Shown one piece after another: positions 16,324-26,177 of a stretch of DNA of 30,099 bases. The translations under genes were made by a program, and so were the position numbers. The notes below the pieces were generated by a model. That model saw only the letters and a program-made list of their open reading frames with translations, was not told the DNA's origin and made no database searches. Numbering within the stretch: position 1 is the first letter of the stretch; every line of letters starts with the position of its first letter. Source of the DNA: Candidatus Latescibacterota bacterium. GTDB lineage: Bacteria > Latescibacterota > UBA2968. The stretch covers positions 1 to 30,099 of the forward strand of contig JAYODI010000044.1 in the NCBI GenBank assembly GCA_038279365.1, in the 5' to 3' direction.

Positions 16324-17097
16324 ATGAGACAAACACCACACAGACATTACTTTTTCTTATTATTAGGCTTGTTGCTGTGGAGCTGTGGCAGTTCTCAATC
16401 GGGTTTGGCCTTGCCTCAAACAGGGTCAGCCACCATTCGAGAAGAATTTGATCCTTATACCCTCAATGACGACGATTTTCTATTGCAGCCCCCAACACGC
16501 ACGCAAACCATATCAACACCAACAGCGCAGCCCCCTGTCGCATTGCCCGATCCCATCTCCACCTCCAAACGGGTTTCAGGTTATCGCGTACAAATAGCCG
16601 CTGTTTTAGATCGTACACGCGCAGAAGCACTCCAGCAAAATATTCAACGCCAGCTCCAAACACTCACATATGTGTATTACGACGAAGACACACACCTCTA
16701 CAAAATTCAGGCAGGCAACACCAGCACCCCCGCACAGGCAGAGAAATTGCGTGATGACATTCGCACGCAGGGTTTTCCTGAAGCCTATGTGGTGCGCACA
16801 CAAATAGAAATCACAGACACACAACCTCAGATGACCACACCCGTTAAAACGCGCGGGTTTCGTTTGCAAATCTTTTCGGCCTCCACACGACAAGCTGCCG
16901 AAGATGCACGCAATCGGGCCAAACAACAATTATCAAGAGACGACATATTTATCGATTTTGAGCCACCCTACTTTAAAGTGCGTGTTGGCAATTTTAAAAC
17001 GCGCAAAGATGCTGAAAAGCTCCTTGACACCATCAAAAAACAGGGGTATGAGACGCCCTTTGTCGTAGAGACACAAATACAAAACTCTCCCTCATAA
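16324..17097 (+). CDS. Lipoprotein with two SPOR domains
   Basis: Start moved to ATG 16324 because 16258 abuts the -10 box. Lipobox LLWSC; two SPOR repeats (GYRVQI...YKIQAGN...GFPEAYVV and GFRLQI...YFKVRVGNF...GYETPFVV). Confidence 0.85.
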   Translation: MRQTPHRHYFFLLLGLLLWSCGSSQSGLALPQTGSATIREEFDPYTLNDDDFLLQPPTRTQTISTPTAQPPVALPDPISTSKRVSGYRVQIAAVLDRTRAEALQQNIQRQLQTLTYVYYDEDTHLYKIQAGNTSTPAQAEKLRDDIRTQGFPEAYVVRTQIEITDTQPQMTTPVKTRGFRLQIFSASTRQAAEDARNRAKQQLSRDDIFIDFEPPYFKVRVGNFKTRKDAEKLLDTIKKQGYETPFVVETQIQNSPS

Positions 17098-17101
17098 AAC
17101 C

Positions 17102-18916
17102 GTGACTATACGCCCCAAATATGGCCTACTCATAACGCTTGCGCTTGTCATCTCTGGCTGTGCAACCAGTCGCCCTAAGACACCAGAACCACAGCAAGCA
17201 TTCGTTATGCCCGATACAACGGCCTTTCGTACACCGTCGCCAGATATGCCCATTTATCTGTTGGTGCGACATGCCATAGCCTTGCACAACGTCAAATCAC
17301 AACGCGTCTTAACCACACTCGACAGTGCGGCCGTATTGCTCTCCATCAGGTTTCAACAACAAGACTTAGGCAAAACCACCACCTCGCGCTTGGTGAGTCT
17401 CACCCGCGCAACCCTAGAACTCTATCACGCACACCTTCCCGACCCCAATCCGCTATCGCCACAATTGCCACTGTCAAACTTGCTCAACACACTGCCCATT
17501 CCTGTCAAAGCAGAGTTGGCAAACCACCCTCATTATCGCGACTTCTATGTGCGCAAATTGGCAGGTGAAGCCGATGTGCCCATAGACCTGACACCCGAAG
17601 TATTGGCCTATATTCGATTTTTCCGCACCGATGGACACAGTTTTTTTTCACGATGGTTGTCACGAGCCTCGGCTTATATGCCCATGATTCAAGCCGATCT
17701 TGAAAAAGCGGGCTTACCCAAAGATTTGGCCTATAAAGCCATGATCGAAAGTGGTTTTAATCCAAGAGCACGCTCACACGCAAATGCCGTGGGCATGTGG
17801 CAGTTTATGCAACACACTGGCAAACAATATCAACTGCAATATGACACTTGGATTGACGAACGCATGGCCCCCGAAAAAGCCACACCCGCCGCCGCACGTC
17901 ACCTGGCTTATCTTTACAAATACTTTGAAGACTGGCGCTTGGTCATTGCCGCTTACAATTGTGGGCAAGGCCGTATGGACCGTGCCATTCGCAAATCGAA
18001 CACGCGTAACTTTTGGGAAATAGACGCCCTGCCACGCGAAACACGCAACCATGTGCCCAAGTTTATGGCCAGTGTCATCATCAGCAAAGACCCTGCTTAC
18101 TTTGGTTTTGATGATATTGTCTTGCAGCCCCCTTTAAGTTATGACACCGTCGCACTGACAGAACCCGTAAGCCTGCGTTTGGCCGCCCAATGTGTGGGTA
18201 CCACACATGCCTGGATACAAGAACTCAATCCCGAACTGCGTCGTGCATATACCCCACCTTCATCATCCCAAAACCCCTATCTTTTGCGTGTGCCAAAGGG
18301 AACGGTTGAAAAATTTAAAACCAACTATGCACGTGTACCAGATGCCGAAAAAATACAAATGGTAGATTACACCATCAAACGCGGAGATACCATTTCGGGC
18401 ATTGCCAGCCGCTTAGGCACCAACACCCAAGCCATCTTAGATGCCAATGGCATTAAAGACCCCCGCAGAATTTGGGCAGGCCGCAAATTAAAAATTCCAA
18501 TGCAACCCGAAAGACGCACCCGAGTGGCTCAATGGCAAAAAGAAGGCATTGAGCGTATACCCAACAAAAACAATTTTTCGAAAACCCAATATACGGTCAA
18601 AAAAGGCGATACACTTTGGGATATTGCAAAAGCCGAAGGGTTAACACCCAAACATTTATTGGCGTGGAACACATTTGCAACGGATCGCCCCATTCGCCCT
18701 GGAGACAAACTCACCATTTACCTGCCCAATTCAGGCACAGAATCAAACACGCACTATACCGTTCGCAACGGTGACACATTGTGGGACATTGCACGTGAAT
18801 TTCAAACGAGCGTAACAGAGTTGAAAAATTGGAACAACATTAAAAACCCATCGGGGTTGCGCCCCGGAACGCGTATTCGCATTCGACCAGAATCAGAGCC
18901 ATCTCTTGCAGAGTAA
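17102..18916 (+). CDS. mltD: Membrane-bound lytic murein transglycosylase, MltD-like (SLT domain plus three LysM)
   Basis: Lipobox ISGC, catalytic IESGF, AVGMWQFM, AAYNCG and ETRNHVPK. Three LysM repeats (YTIKRGDT, YTVKKGDT, YTVRNGDT). Confidence 0.88.
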   Translation: MTIRPKYGLLITLALVISGCATSRPKTPEPQQAFVMPDTTAFRTPSPDMPIYLLVRHAIALHNVKSQRVLTTLDSAAVLLSIRFQQQDLGKTTTSRLVSLTRATLELYHAHLPDPNPLSPQLPLSNLLNTLPIPVKAELANHPHYRDFYVRKLAGEADVPIDLTPEVLAYIRFFRTDGHSFFSRWLSRASAYMPMIQADLEKAGLPKDLAYKAMIESGFNPRARSHANAVGMWQFMQHTGKQYQLQYDTWIDERMAPEKATPAAARHLAYLYKYFEDWRLVIAAYNCGQGRMDRAIRKSNTRNFWEIDALPRETRNHVPKFMASVIISKDPAYFGFDDIVLQPPLSYDTVALTEPVSLRLAAQCVGTTHAWIQELNPELRRAYTPPSSSQNPYLLRVPKGTVEKFKTNYARVPDAEKIQMVDYTIKRGDTISGIASRLGTNTQAILDANGIKDPRRIWAGRKLKIPMQPERRTRVAQWQKEGIERIPNKNNFSKTQYTVKKGDTLWDIAKAEGLTPKHLLAWNTFATDRPIRPGDKLTIYLPNSGTESNTHYTVRNGDTLWDIAREFQTSVTELKNWNNIKNPSGLRPGTRIRIRPESEPSLAE

Positions 18917-18926
18917 ATAAAAACAT

Positions 18927-19418
18927 ATGAAAATAACGCGAAACATTCTGCTCATTATTCTGGCTTTGTTTTTACAAGCATCTTGGACAAATCCACTTTC
19001 CCTATGGGACATCAAACCCGATTTGATTGTGCTCATTTTGGTTTTTGTAGGCATTACAAGTGGGCAAATAGAGGCCACCGTTTTAGGGTTTTTCTCTGGG
19101 TTTATGATTGACGTTTACAACCCCGAATGGATGGGCATGAACACCCTGTCGAACAGCCTGATTGGTTTTGCCGTTGGGTATAGCAGGGTGGGTGTGGTTG
19201 CAGAAGATATTCAAGTACAAGCAACCATCCTTTTTGTGGCAAGCCTCATGCGCGATCTTGTTTTTTTTCTTTGTTACACTTTTCCCGACCCGCTTCAAGC
19301 GTTCTATCTTGTTTTGCGGTATGGTTTGGGAACTGCCGTTTATACCGCCCTTTTGGGTACCCTGATTTCTTTGGGTATGTTGCACGTTTTCAACAAAAGG
19401 ATCGAAACACATGCATGA
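18927..19418 (+). CDS. mreD: Rod shape-determining protein MreD
   Basis: 163-aa multi-TM protein with KPDLIVL and GFFSGFMID motifs, overlapping the start of mrdA. Confidence 0.88.
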   Translation: MKITRNILLIILALFLQASWTNPLSLWDIKPDLIVLILVFVGITSGQIEATVLGFFSGFMIDVYNPEWMGMNTLSNSLIGFAVGYSRVGVVAEDIQVQATILFVASLMRDLVFFLCYTFPDPLQAFYLVLRYGLGTAVYTALLGTLISLGMLHVFNKRIETHA

Positions 19419-21246
19419 CGACTTTATGCACAATGGCACACGCGAGCGCAGAGCTTATGCGTTGTTTGGTGCGGTCATGCTCCTATTTGGCATTTTGATA
19501 CTCAGGCTGTATCTGCTCCAAATTGCCGATTGGGAACAATATCGTATTCAATCAGAAAAAAATACCATGCAACCAGTACCCATTGAGGCAAGTCGTGGCC
19601 TGATTAGAGACCGCAACAAAGTCATTTTGGTCGACAATCGCCCGTCTTATACCATTTCGGTTGTGCCACCTCGTCTATTAAGCAGTGCTGATGGTGCAGC
19701 ACTGGAAGAAATTATCACGCGCTTAAGCCAAATTGTTGGGTTGCCCAATACCGAAATTGACGAAAAACTGCATTCTAAAAATCGCTATTTTTATGAGCCC
19801 GTAAAGCTCAAACTCGATGTTGGGTTTGAAACCGTATCCATTGTTGAAGAAAACCGCTACGATTTGCCGGGTGTAGAAATTCAGGTAGAGTCCCGTCGTG
19901 GGTATCCCACATTTTCAGATGACCAGCCCATTGCCCCACACATTTTGGGTTATGTGGGTCTCATTGACGCCAACCAATACGCAAACATGAAAGCACAAGG
20001 CTATCGCTATGGCGATAAAATTGGCAAACGGGGTATCGAGCGCCTCAAAGAAACCCAAATGCGCGGTCAAGAAGGCGTCAAATATATTGAAGTCAATGCC
20101 AGAGGCCGAGAAGTGGGTAGTTTTCCAGACAAAACCCAACCACCTATTTCGGGTGCAGATATTGGCCTTACCCTTGACTGGCGCTTACAACAAATTGCCG
20201 AACAAGCCTTTGGCGACAGCTTAAGGGGCAGCCTTATTGCCATAGATCCTTCTACGGGCGAAATACTTGCCTTGGCCAGCCAACCCAGGTTTCATCCACG
20301 ATCTATTCGCGACATAAATGCTTGGCGCGCCCTACAAGCAGACCCTGCCACACCCTTACTCAATCGCAGTATGCAGGGCAAATATCCTCCGGCTTCTGTT
20401 TTTAAAATGATTACGGCAATAGCCGCCTTAGAAATGGGCATCTTAGAAGCCGATGAATATCATTTTAGCCCCTGTGAGGGAGAATTTGCATTTGGTGATC
20501 GCATCTTCCGTTGCCACAATTCTAATGGATGTGGTGAACTCAATTTGCGCGAAGCCCTCATCAAATCTTGCGACGTTTTCTTTTATCATCTTGGACGTGA
20601 AGTGGGCATTGAAAACTGGAGCCGTTATGCCCACCTCTTTGGTTTTGGTCAACCCACACAAATTGATATTGCTGCCGATGGTGAAGCCCACGGTTTGGTG
20701 CCAGATCGTGCCTACTATGAAAAACGACATGGCAAGTGGTTTGAAGGCAATATGCTCAATCTTTCCATTGGCCAGGGAGAACTCCTAACCACGCCACTCC
20801 AAGTGGCCCGATACAATGCCGCATTGGCATCGGGGCAACTCTTAAATCCACACGTGTTTTTAAATACGCCCCAAAAAGCCACACCCTTGCCCATTTCAGC
20901 AACCACACTGGAAGCCATTCGAAGCATTATGCACGATGTGGTCGCCCGTCCAACAGGCACGGGGCACTATGCACAAGTTGCAGACGTATCAGTTGCTGGC
21001 AAAACAGGCACCGCACAAAATCCTCATGGTAAGGATCACGCGTGGTTTGTCTCTTTTGCCCCAGTCGAAAACCCTCGTATTGCCGTTACCGTTCTGGTGG
21101 AAAATGGCGGATTTGGGAGTACGGTTGCTGCACCCATAGCCCAAAAAGTTCTAAAAGCCTACTTCGAATATTATGGCAAAGAAAACCTGCCCAACTTGGT
21201 AGCCGCACAAAAAGTGCCACCCCCCATTCAAGCCAACCCGAGGTAA
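19411..21246 (+). CDS. mrdA: Penicillin-binding protein 2 (class B transpeptidase)
   Basis: N-terminal TM, RGLIRDRN, SxxK (SVFK), SxD (SCD, PBP2-type) and KTGTAQ motifs. Confidence 0.95.
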   Translation: MHDDFMHNGTRERRAYALFGAVMLLFGILILRLYLLQIADWEQYRIQSEKNTMQPVPIEASRGLIRDRNKVILVDNRPSYTISVVPPRLLSSADGAALEEIITRLSQIVGLPNTEIDEKLHSKNRYFYEPVKLKLDVGFETVSIVEENRYDLPGVEIQVESRRGYPTFSDDQPIAPHILGYVGLIDANQYANMKAQGYRYGDKIGKRGIERLKETQMRGQEGVKYIEVNARGREVGSFPDKTQPPISGADIGLTLDWRLQQIAEQAFGDSLRGSLIAIDPSTGEILALASQPRFHPRSIRDINAWRALQADPATPLLNRSMQGKYPPASVFKMITAIAALEMGILEADEYHFSPCEGEFAFGDRIFRCHNSNGCGELNLREALIKSCDVFFYHLGREVGIENWSRYAHLFGFGQPTQIDIAADGEAHGLVPDRAYYEKRHGKWFEGNMLNLSIGQGELLTTPLQVARYNAALASGQLLNPHVFLNTPQKATPLPISATTLEAIRSIMHDVVARPTGTGHYAQVADVSVAGKTGTAQNPHGKDHAWFVSFAPVENPRIAVTVLVENGGFGSTVAAPIAQKVLKAYFEYYGKENLPNLVAAQKVPPPIQANPR

Positions 21247-21249
21247 TTT

Positions 21250-22470
21250 GTGGATATCTCCCGCTTCATTCGACGCGACCTCGACATCCCACTCATCACG
21301 ACCATTTGCCTCACCACCCTTATTGGCATAACCATGATCTACAGTGCCACCTACAACTGGGATTTGGGCACAGCAGGCAATGTATATGAAAAGCAAATTA
21401 CTTGGGCTGTTTTAGCCCTCATAGCGCTTGCCATCACGGTTGCCATTCCGATCAAATTCTTTTACGCACTGGCCTATATACTCTACGGTCTTTCGGTTAT
21501 GTTGTTGCTTTTGGTGCTCGAACTGGGAGATCGCCGATGGTTTAATTTGGGCCCCATACACATTCAGCCCTCAGAATTGGCCAAATTGGCCACGGTGCTT
21601 GTGTTGGCTCGCTACTTATCCGTAAGAAACCGAGATTTTACAAAAGTACGCACATTCGTACAGCCTTTTTTGCTCGTTCTTATACCAACTTTGCTGGTTT
21701 TTAAACAACCCGACTTAGGTACTGCACTCGTTTTTAGCTCTGTTATATTGCCATTGTTTTATTGGGCAGGCGTTCGCCCTGTTCATCTCTTTTTTATGGT
21801 CTCACCTGGGCTAACGCTCGTTTGTGCTTTCCATCCTTGGACATTGGCACCCATGGTCATTCTTTTGGTGGGATTGCTCTTTTTTCATCGCCCACGCCTC
21901 TTAACCACCAGTGTTTTGTTGCTCGTCAACCTCACGGTTGCTATTGGTGCCCCATATCTATGGACAAACAAACTACACGACTATCAAAAACGACGCATCC
22001 TCACCTTTCTCAACCCCGATATGGACCGTTTGGGAGCAGGTTATCAGTGTATACAATCCAAAGTAGCCATTGGTTCAGGTGGGTTACGTGGCAAAGGATT
22101 TTTAGAGGGCACACAAACCAAACTTGCCTTTTTGCCTGAACAACACACCGACTTTATCTTTTCAGTTGTGGGCGAAGAATTTGGTTTTGTGGGGGCCATG
22201 GTCATTATTGGTTTGTTCCTTTTTATTATTTGGCGTGCCTTTATGATTGCCGTACAGGTCAAAAGCCGCTTTGCCAGTCTTGTGGCCATAGGGCTTACTG
22301 TCATATTGATCTTCCATGTCTTTGTCAATATAGGTATGACCATTGGCGTGATGCCCGTAACAGGTTTGCCATTGCCCTTTCTCAGTTATGGGGGGTCAAC
22401 ACTCCTCATGAGCATGGTTTTGGTGGGTTTTCTGCTCAATATCTATGCCAATAGGCACGAAACGTTTTAG
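21250..22470 (+). CDS. rodA: SEDS peptidoglycan glycosyltransferase RodA
   Basis: QPSELAK, QPDLGT, SKVAIGSGG, LPEQHTDFIFS and TGLPLPFLSYGGS motifs; follows mrdA; GTG start. Confidence 0.95.
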   Translation: MDISRFIRRDLDIPLITTICLTTLIGITMIYSATYNWDLGTAGNVYEKQITWAVLALIALAITVAIPIKFFYALAYILYGLSVMLLLLVLELGDRRWFNLGPIHIQPSELAKLATVLVLARYLSVRNRDFTKVRTFVQPFLLVLIPTLLVFKQPDLGTALVFSSVILPLFYWAGVRPVHLFFMVSPGLTLVCAFHPWTLAPMVILLVGLLFFHRPRLLTTSVLLLVNLTVAIGAPYLWTNKLHDYQKRRILTFLNPDMDRLGAGYQCIQSKVAIGSGGLRGKGFLEGTQTKLAFLPEQHTDFIFSVVGEEFGFVGAMVIIGLFLFIIWRAFMIAVQVKSRFASLVAIGLTVILIFHVFVNIGMTIGVMPVTGLPLPFLSYGGSTLLMSMVLVGFLLNIYANRHETF

Positions 22471-22531
22471 ACTAAAATCCACTAAGTAATGTGATGTTTT
22501 CACAAGCTATTGTGCTCAACGACTTATGATT

Positions 22532-22576
22532 AAAAAAATGGCCGCCTGGATTATAAATCCAAGCAGCCATTTTTTT
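22532..22576. terminator. Bidirectional terminator between rodA and dnaE, stronger on the minus strand
   Basis: A7-TGGCCGCCTGGATT-ATA-AATCCAAGCAGCCA-T7. The two C/A mismatches on + are U.G pairs on the minus strand. Confidence 0.85.
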
Positions 22577-22580
22577 ATAT

Positions 22581-22619
22581 ATTTGCCTTCGACTTTCCTT
22601 CTGCCGTTTGCCCTTTGCC
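22581..22619. repeat. Degenerate 7-nt repeats directly after the dnaE stop
   Basis: ATTTGCC at 22581, then TTCTGCC GTTTGCC CTTTGCC at 22599-22619. Confidence 0.6.
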
Positions 22620-22622
22620 CTC

Positions 22623-25600
22623 TTAAGCCGTCATCAATTCCTCAGAATCAAAATCTTCATCCAACACATCCGTCATATCTGGCTCTGCAACCACAATCGG
22701 CTCCACCCGTCTGGCGGCACGCCGAGCACGCCCAGCTTCTTTGGATGCCCACGCCTTGACGTGGCCTTCGGCCAAATTGGTAATTTCGTTTAAAAGCACA
22801 TCTGAAGGTGCCACTTCCATACGCCGCGACACAACCACCGTTGGGTGATCCCCCCCCACATCGACATGCAAACGCAACTGACAATCGCCAGGAAAACGCA
22901 TACACAAGTTCTTAAGAGCCTCCAAACGCTCCAGGCGAATCACCTCAGCAGGCAACAGCACATTGACCGTATCGGCCAATGCCTCACGGGCCTGATCAAT
23001 GCCCAATATCTGTTCAACCTGTATGGATGTTCGGCCATTTCGCCCTGAAAAGCGCCCTTGCAAAACGACCATCTCATCAACCACAAACCGATCGCGTATC
23101 TTCTCAAATGCATCGGGAAACACCACCAAATCAACGGAACCCTGCATATCTTCTAAAGAACCAAAAGCCATGGCACGCCCATTTTTGTCAATATGAGGCT
23201 TCACCTCTAAAATCACCCCCCCCACTTGCACCTCACCACCATCGGGCAAACCCTCCAACTCTTTTACTGTGCGAATACCCATCTCCATCAAATCGGTCTG
23301 ATAACGTGCCAATGGGTGTCCCGACAGATAAAACCCTATCATATCTTTTTCGTGAGTTAATCGTTCTCGTTCACCCCATTCAGGCACATCGGGCAAAGTG
23401 AGGTCATTGACCATTGCGGCTTGGGCTTCCATGGCCACACCATCAAACAGAGAAATTTGACCCCGCGCCCGATCGGCCTGTGCACTTTGCGCCATATCTA
23501 AGGCTCGGCCCACACCTTCAAGCAACTGCGCCCGATGCCCACCCACATGGTCAAAAGCACCCGCCTTAATGAGGCTTTCAACCGCTCGACGATTTACTGC
23601 GCGCAAATCTACACGCTCACAAAAATCAAACAACGAGTCAAATGGCTCGCCTTCTTCACGCGCTTTAACAATCGCTTCTACAGCTGTGCGGCCCACATTG
23701 CGAATAGCGGCCATACCCATACGAATTTCACCTTTTTTGGCCACAAAATCGACTTGGCTCTCATTGACATCGGGTGGCAACACATCAAGGCCCATGCGAC
23801 GACATTCTTCAATTAAAACCACCAACCGTTCAATATCACCAATTTCGCTATTGAGATTAGATGCCATATATTCGGCAGGATAATGGGCTTTTAAATAAGC
23901 ACACTGATACGAAACAATGGCATAAGCCGCCGAGTGAGACTTGTTAAATGCATAACCGGCAAACACTTCAATATCTGCCCAAATCTTTTCGGCCACCGAC
24001 TTAGACACACCATTTCCCATTGCGCCTTCTACAAACCCAACACGCCATTTTTCCATTTCGGCAGCCAGCTTTTTACCCATCGCTTTGCGAATACCATCGG
24101 CTTGTCCCAGGCTAAAACCCGCCATATCGCGTCCAATACGCATCACCTGCTCTTGATACAAGATAATGCCATAAGTTTCTTCTAACGACGGCTCCAAAAT
24201 GGGGTGATCATACGTCACCTTTTCGCGCCCGTGTTTGCGCGCAATATAGTTGGGGATATACTTCATGGGCCCTGGGCGATACAGCGCTGTCATAGCAATG
24301 ATGTCTTCAATGCGGTCAGGCTGCAACTTAATCAAATAATCGCGCATACCATTGCTTTCAAACTGAAACACACCCGTGGTGTCTCCGCGGCCAAACAATT
24401 CATAGGTTTTTTTATCGTCCAAATGCAAATTGTCAATATCGACCGTTTCACCATAATTATGCGCAATCATCTTCACCGTATCTTCCAAAAGCGTGAGGTT
24501 GCGCAACCCCAAAAAGTCCATCTTCAAAAAACCCAAATCTTCCACGTGATGCCAGTTGTATTGGGTGACAACTTCACCGCCTTTGGGGGCTTTGTAAAGT
24601 GGCATAAATTCGGTAACGGGTTTGGGGGTAATCACCACAGCGGCCGCATGAATAGAAGCATGCCGTGCCAAGCCTTCAAGCTGTTTGCCAATGCCCAAAA
24701 GCTTTTCACCCACCCCACCACCTTGCGACATTTGTTTCAGCTCTGGCACCATGTCCAATGCTTTTTCAAGCGTCATCTTAAGCTCGGCAGGCACCAGCTT
24801 CGAAATTTTATCCACTTCAGAAAAAGGCAAATCCAACACACGCCCCACATCTCGAATCACACCCTTGGCACCCATGGTTCCAAACGTAATGATCTGACAC
24901 ACATTATCACGCCCATATTTTTCCACCACATAGTTGATCAATTTTTCGCGATCACGATCGGCCATATCAATATCGATATCGGGCGGAGAAATGCGTTCGG
25001 GATTTAAGAATCGCTCAAAATAAAGGCCATATTCCAACGGATCAACGGTAGAAATTCTCAACGCATAAGCCACCAAACTGCCCACTGCCGAACCGCGCGC
25101 CCCCGACCGAATACCGGCCTCACGGGCATAGCGAATAAAATCGCCCACAATTAAGAAATAACCCGGATAACCCGTTTCATTAATGATGCCCAACTCAAAC
25201 TTCAAACGTTCTTCGTGCTCGGGGGTCATTACTGTGCCGCGTTCTTCCAACCCCTTGCGTGTCAAATGCTCAAGATAGTCCCCCGCCGAAGAAAATTCGG
25301 GCGGAATGGGAAAGTCGGGGGGTTGATAATCATCAAACGAAATATCCAAGTACTTGCATTTTTCGGCAATTTCCAACGTGGGTTCCAACACATGCGGCAT
25401 ATCTTCAAACAAATCATACATCTCTTGTGCCGATTTAAAATACACCCCTTCGGGGTAACACATACGATTGGGATCGTTTAACGTCTTGCCCGTTTGAATG
25501 GCCACCAAAGCCGCGTGGGCTTCATGATCACCCGCACGTGTAAAATGTGAATCATTGGTCGCAACCAACGGCACGCCCATTTCTTTGTGCAATTTGATCA

Positions 25601-26177
25601 AGCCAGGATTAATCACTTTTTCTTTGTCTATGCCGTGCCGTTGAATTTCCAAATAATAATCATCACCAAAAATGTCGAGATAGACCTCAACCATTTTTTG
25701 AGCCGCTTTGTATCCTTCATTCTCCAAAATATAGGGGATCTCTCCCCCCACGCAGGCCGACAAACAAACCAATCCTTCCGAATGCTGGCGCAAAATTTCT
25801 TTATCAATACGTGGGTTGTAATAAAACCCTTCTAAATACCCAGCAGAGACCAATTTGATGAGGTTTTTATAACCCGTATTGTCTTTGGCCAACAACACCA
25901 AATGGTTGGAACCACTTTGCAATCCCGGAGCAGGTTTGCGGTCAAATCGGCTTTCACGTGCACAATAGACCTCACAGCCAATGATGGGTGTCACATTCAC
26001 AGCCTTCATCGCCCGATAAAAATCAATGGCCCCAAACATATTGCCGTGATCTGTCATTGCCACAGCAGGCATCCCCCATTCGGAGGCCACTTGCGCAATA
26101 TCGCCAAGCTTAGACGCACCATCGAGCAAGCTAAACATGGTATGGCTGTGCAAATGAACAAAATCGGAAGATTTCAT
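22623..26177 (-). CDS. dnaE: DNA polymerase III alpha subunit
   Basis: PHP domain (FVHLHSHT, TDHGN), RGSAVGS, FERFLNPER, catalytic PDIDID, KMDFLGL, GYAFNKSH and an OB fold. Start moved to ATG 26177 with SD GGGAG. About 1184 aa; no intein evident. Confidence 0.97.
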   Translation of the reverse strand: MKSSDFVHLHSHTMFSLLDGASKLGDIAQVASEWGMPAVAMTDHGNMFGAIDFYRAMKAVNVTPIIGCEVYCARESRFDRKPAPGLQSGSNHLVLLAKDNTGYKNLIKLVSAGYLEGFYYNPRIDKEILRQHSEGLVCLSACVGGEIPYILENEGYKAAQKMVEVYLDIFGDDYYLEIQRHGIDKEKVINPGLIKLHKEMGVPLVATNDSHFTRAGDHEAHAALVAIQTGKTLNDPNRMCYPEGVYFKSAQEMYDLFEDMPHVLEPTLEIAEKCKYLDISFDDYQPPDFPIPPEFSSAGDYLEHLTRKGLEERGTVMTPEHEERLKFELGIINETGYPGYFLIVGDFIRYAREAGIRSGARGSAVGSLVAYALRISTVDPLEYGLYFERFLNPERISPPDIDIDMADRDREKLINYVVEKYGRDNVCQIITFGTMGAKGVIRDVGRVLDLPFSEVDKISKLVPAELKMTLEKALDMVPELKQMSQGGGVGEKLLGIGKQLEGLARHASIHAAAVVITPKPVTEFMPLYKAPKGGEVVTQYNWHHVEDLGFLKMDFLGLRNLTLLEDTVKMIAHNYGETVDIDNLHLDDKKTYELFGRGDTTGVFQFESNGMRDYLIKLQPDRIEDIIAMTALYRPGPMKYIPNYIARKHGREKVTYDHPILEPSLEETYGIILYQEQVMRIGRDMAGFSLGQADGIRKAMGKKLAAEMEKWRVGFVEGAMGNGVSKSVAEKIWADIEVFAGYAFNKSHSAAYAIVSYQCAYLKAHYPAEYMASNLNSEIGDIERLVVLIEECRRMGLDVLPPDVNESQVDFVAKKGEIRMGMAAIRNVGRTAVEAIVKAREEGEPFDSLFDFCERVDLRAVNRRAVESLIKAGAFDHVGGHRAQLLEGVGRALDMAQSAQADRARGQISLFDGVAMEAQAAMVNDLTLPDVPEWGERERLTHEKDMIGFYLSGHPLARYQTDLMEMGIRTVKELEGLPDGGEVQVGGVILEVKPHIDKNGRAMAFGSLEDMQGSVDLVVFPDAFEKIRDRFVVDEMVVLQGRFSGRNGRTSIQVEQILGIDQAREALADTVNVLLPAEVIRLERLEALKNLCMRFPGDCQLRLHVDVGGDHPTVVVSRRMEVAPSDVLLNEITNLAEGHVKAWASKEAGRARRAARRVEPIVVAEPDMTDVLDEDFDSEELMTA

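Noticed and set aside
24204-25007. 267-aa plus-strand ORF antisense to dnaE, and similar shadow ORFs (7042-7629, 27290-27829, 28250-28840)
   Set aside because: Antisense shadows of well-supported genes, with no motifs or translation signals.
22623-26177. Intein or split dnaE
   Set aside because: The ORF is continuous and of normal length, with no intein-like insertion or splice motifs seen.
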